In this document: one piece after another, positions 63,429 to 64,000 of the stretch
Position numbering within the stretch: position 1 is the stretch's first letter
How the letters are laid out: every line of letters begins with the position of its first letter
NCBI GenBank assembly: GCA_028023455.1
Contig: JAQFVV010000006.1
Span: forward strand, 2,232,001 to 2,296,000
Length of the DNA stretch: 64,000 nucleotides
Direction of reading: 5' to 3'
Source of the DNA: Epiperipatus broadwayi
Taxonomy: Eukaryota > Animalia > Onychophora
Notes under the pieces: generated by a model
Told to the model about the DNA's origin: nothing
The model's input: the letters and a program-made list of their open reading frames with translations, nothing else
Databases searched by the model: none
Made by a program: the position numbers and the translations under genes

Positions 63429-63611
63429 TTAACAAATAAAACTGAATTTTTTGTTTACAATACTTTTTTTTTAAGTAGCAGGTTCAAATTTATTTAGCTT
63501 TCATATATGCAATGGAAATTAAATAAAAGTTAGATTTAAAAATGTATGGGTGATTGTTGTACTTTTAATAATGTAAATGATGAAATCTTTTTTTTTGCTG
63601 ATACTATATTA

Positions 63612-63999
63612 CAGGGGTCCCCAACCCTATGCCCGCAGGCACCATGGTTCCTGCAGACCATTTTACGTGTGCCTGCCGCTATCCGAACACGATAAAAAAT
63701 TATTTATGTGATACAAATAAATTTAATTTTTAAAATTTCTTATAAATTTTTGTATTATATTGTAATCAAATTGTAGCGCATACTATATTTTTACAGCGTA
63801 AAAATATAAATGTTAATTATATGTTAAAATTTTATTTTTGAAATAAATATTTTTTTGTACATTATGTGTATTATTAACAATATCCAACTATAAATTTACA
63901 TTGAAAAAATAAATGGTGCCCGCCATCTGGTTGAAAAAAATAAATGGTGCCCGGTATTATAGAGTGTGCTCTTAAGTGCAAAAAGGTTGGGGACCCCTG
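63612..63999. mobile_element. hAT-type (Charlie-like) MITE
   Basis: 15-bp perfect TIRs CAGGGGTCCCCAACC / GGTTGGGGACCCCTG. The left 8-bp flank is ctatatta; the right flank is cut off by the window, but its first base c matches. Confidence 0.85.
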
Positions 64000-64000
64000 C

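Noticed and set aside
63036-63435. Poly-K, poly-E/N and poly-F ORFs
   Set aside because: They are translations of the compound microsatellite.

Overview
AT-rich, visibly CpG-depleted eukaryotic DNA, most likely an invertebrate animal; the species cannot be determined from the sequence. I found no host protein-coding gene that I can support. The window is a transposable-element graveyard. It holds one near-full-length but frameshifted LINE (about 34.4-39.3 kb; ORF1 with PHD finger and SGNH esterase, ORF2 with APE, RT and Zn knuckle; (ACATC)n tail). It also holds decayed RTE, Ingi/Vingi-like, L1/Tx1-like and Penelope (GIY-YIG) fragments, a hAT MITE, five tRNA-Gly-derived mini-SINEs (four with target-site duplications, TSDs), a 94-bp satellite with an incipient higher-order repeat, and a long compound microsatellite. 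The most striking signal is that most of the long MITE-looking palindromes are probably not MITEs. At least four unrelated fold-back families carry minimal type-I hammerhead ribozyme (HHR) motifs in their arms, several with variable 10-14 bp TSDs and an asymmetric tail. One family also occurs as a ~385-bp tandem unit with one HHR per unit (retrozyme-like), and another couples a tRNA-like Pol III head to an HHR. Two Penelope 3' ends carry an HHR with a compensatory A3:U8 core. All of this was read by eye; boundaries are approximate unless a TSD is given.
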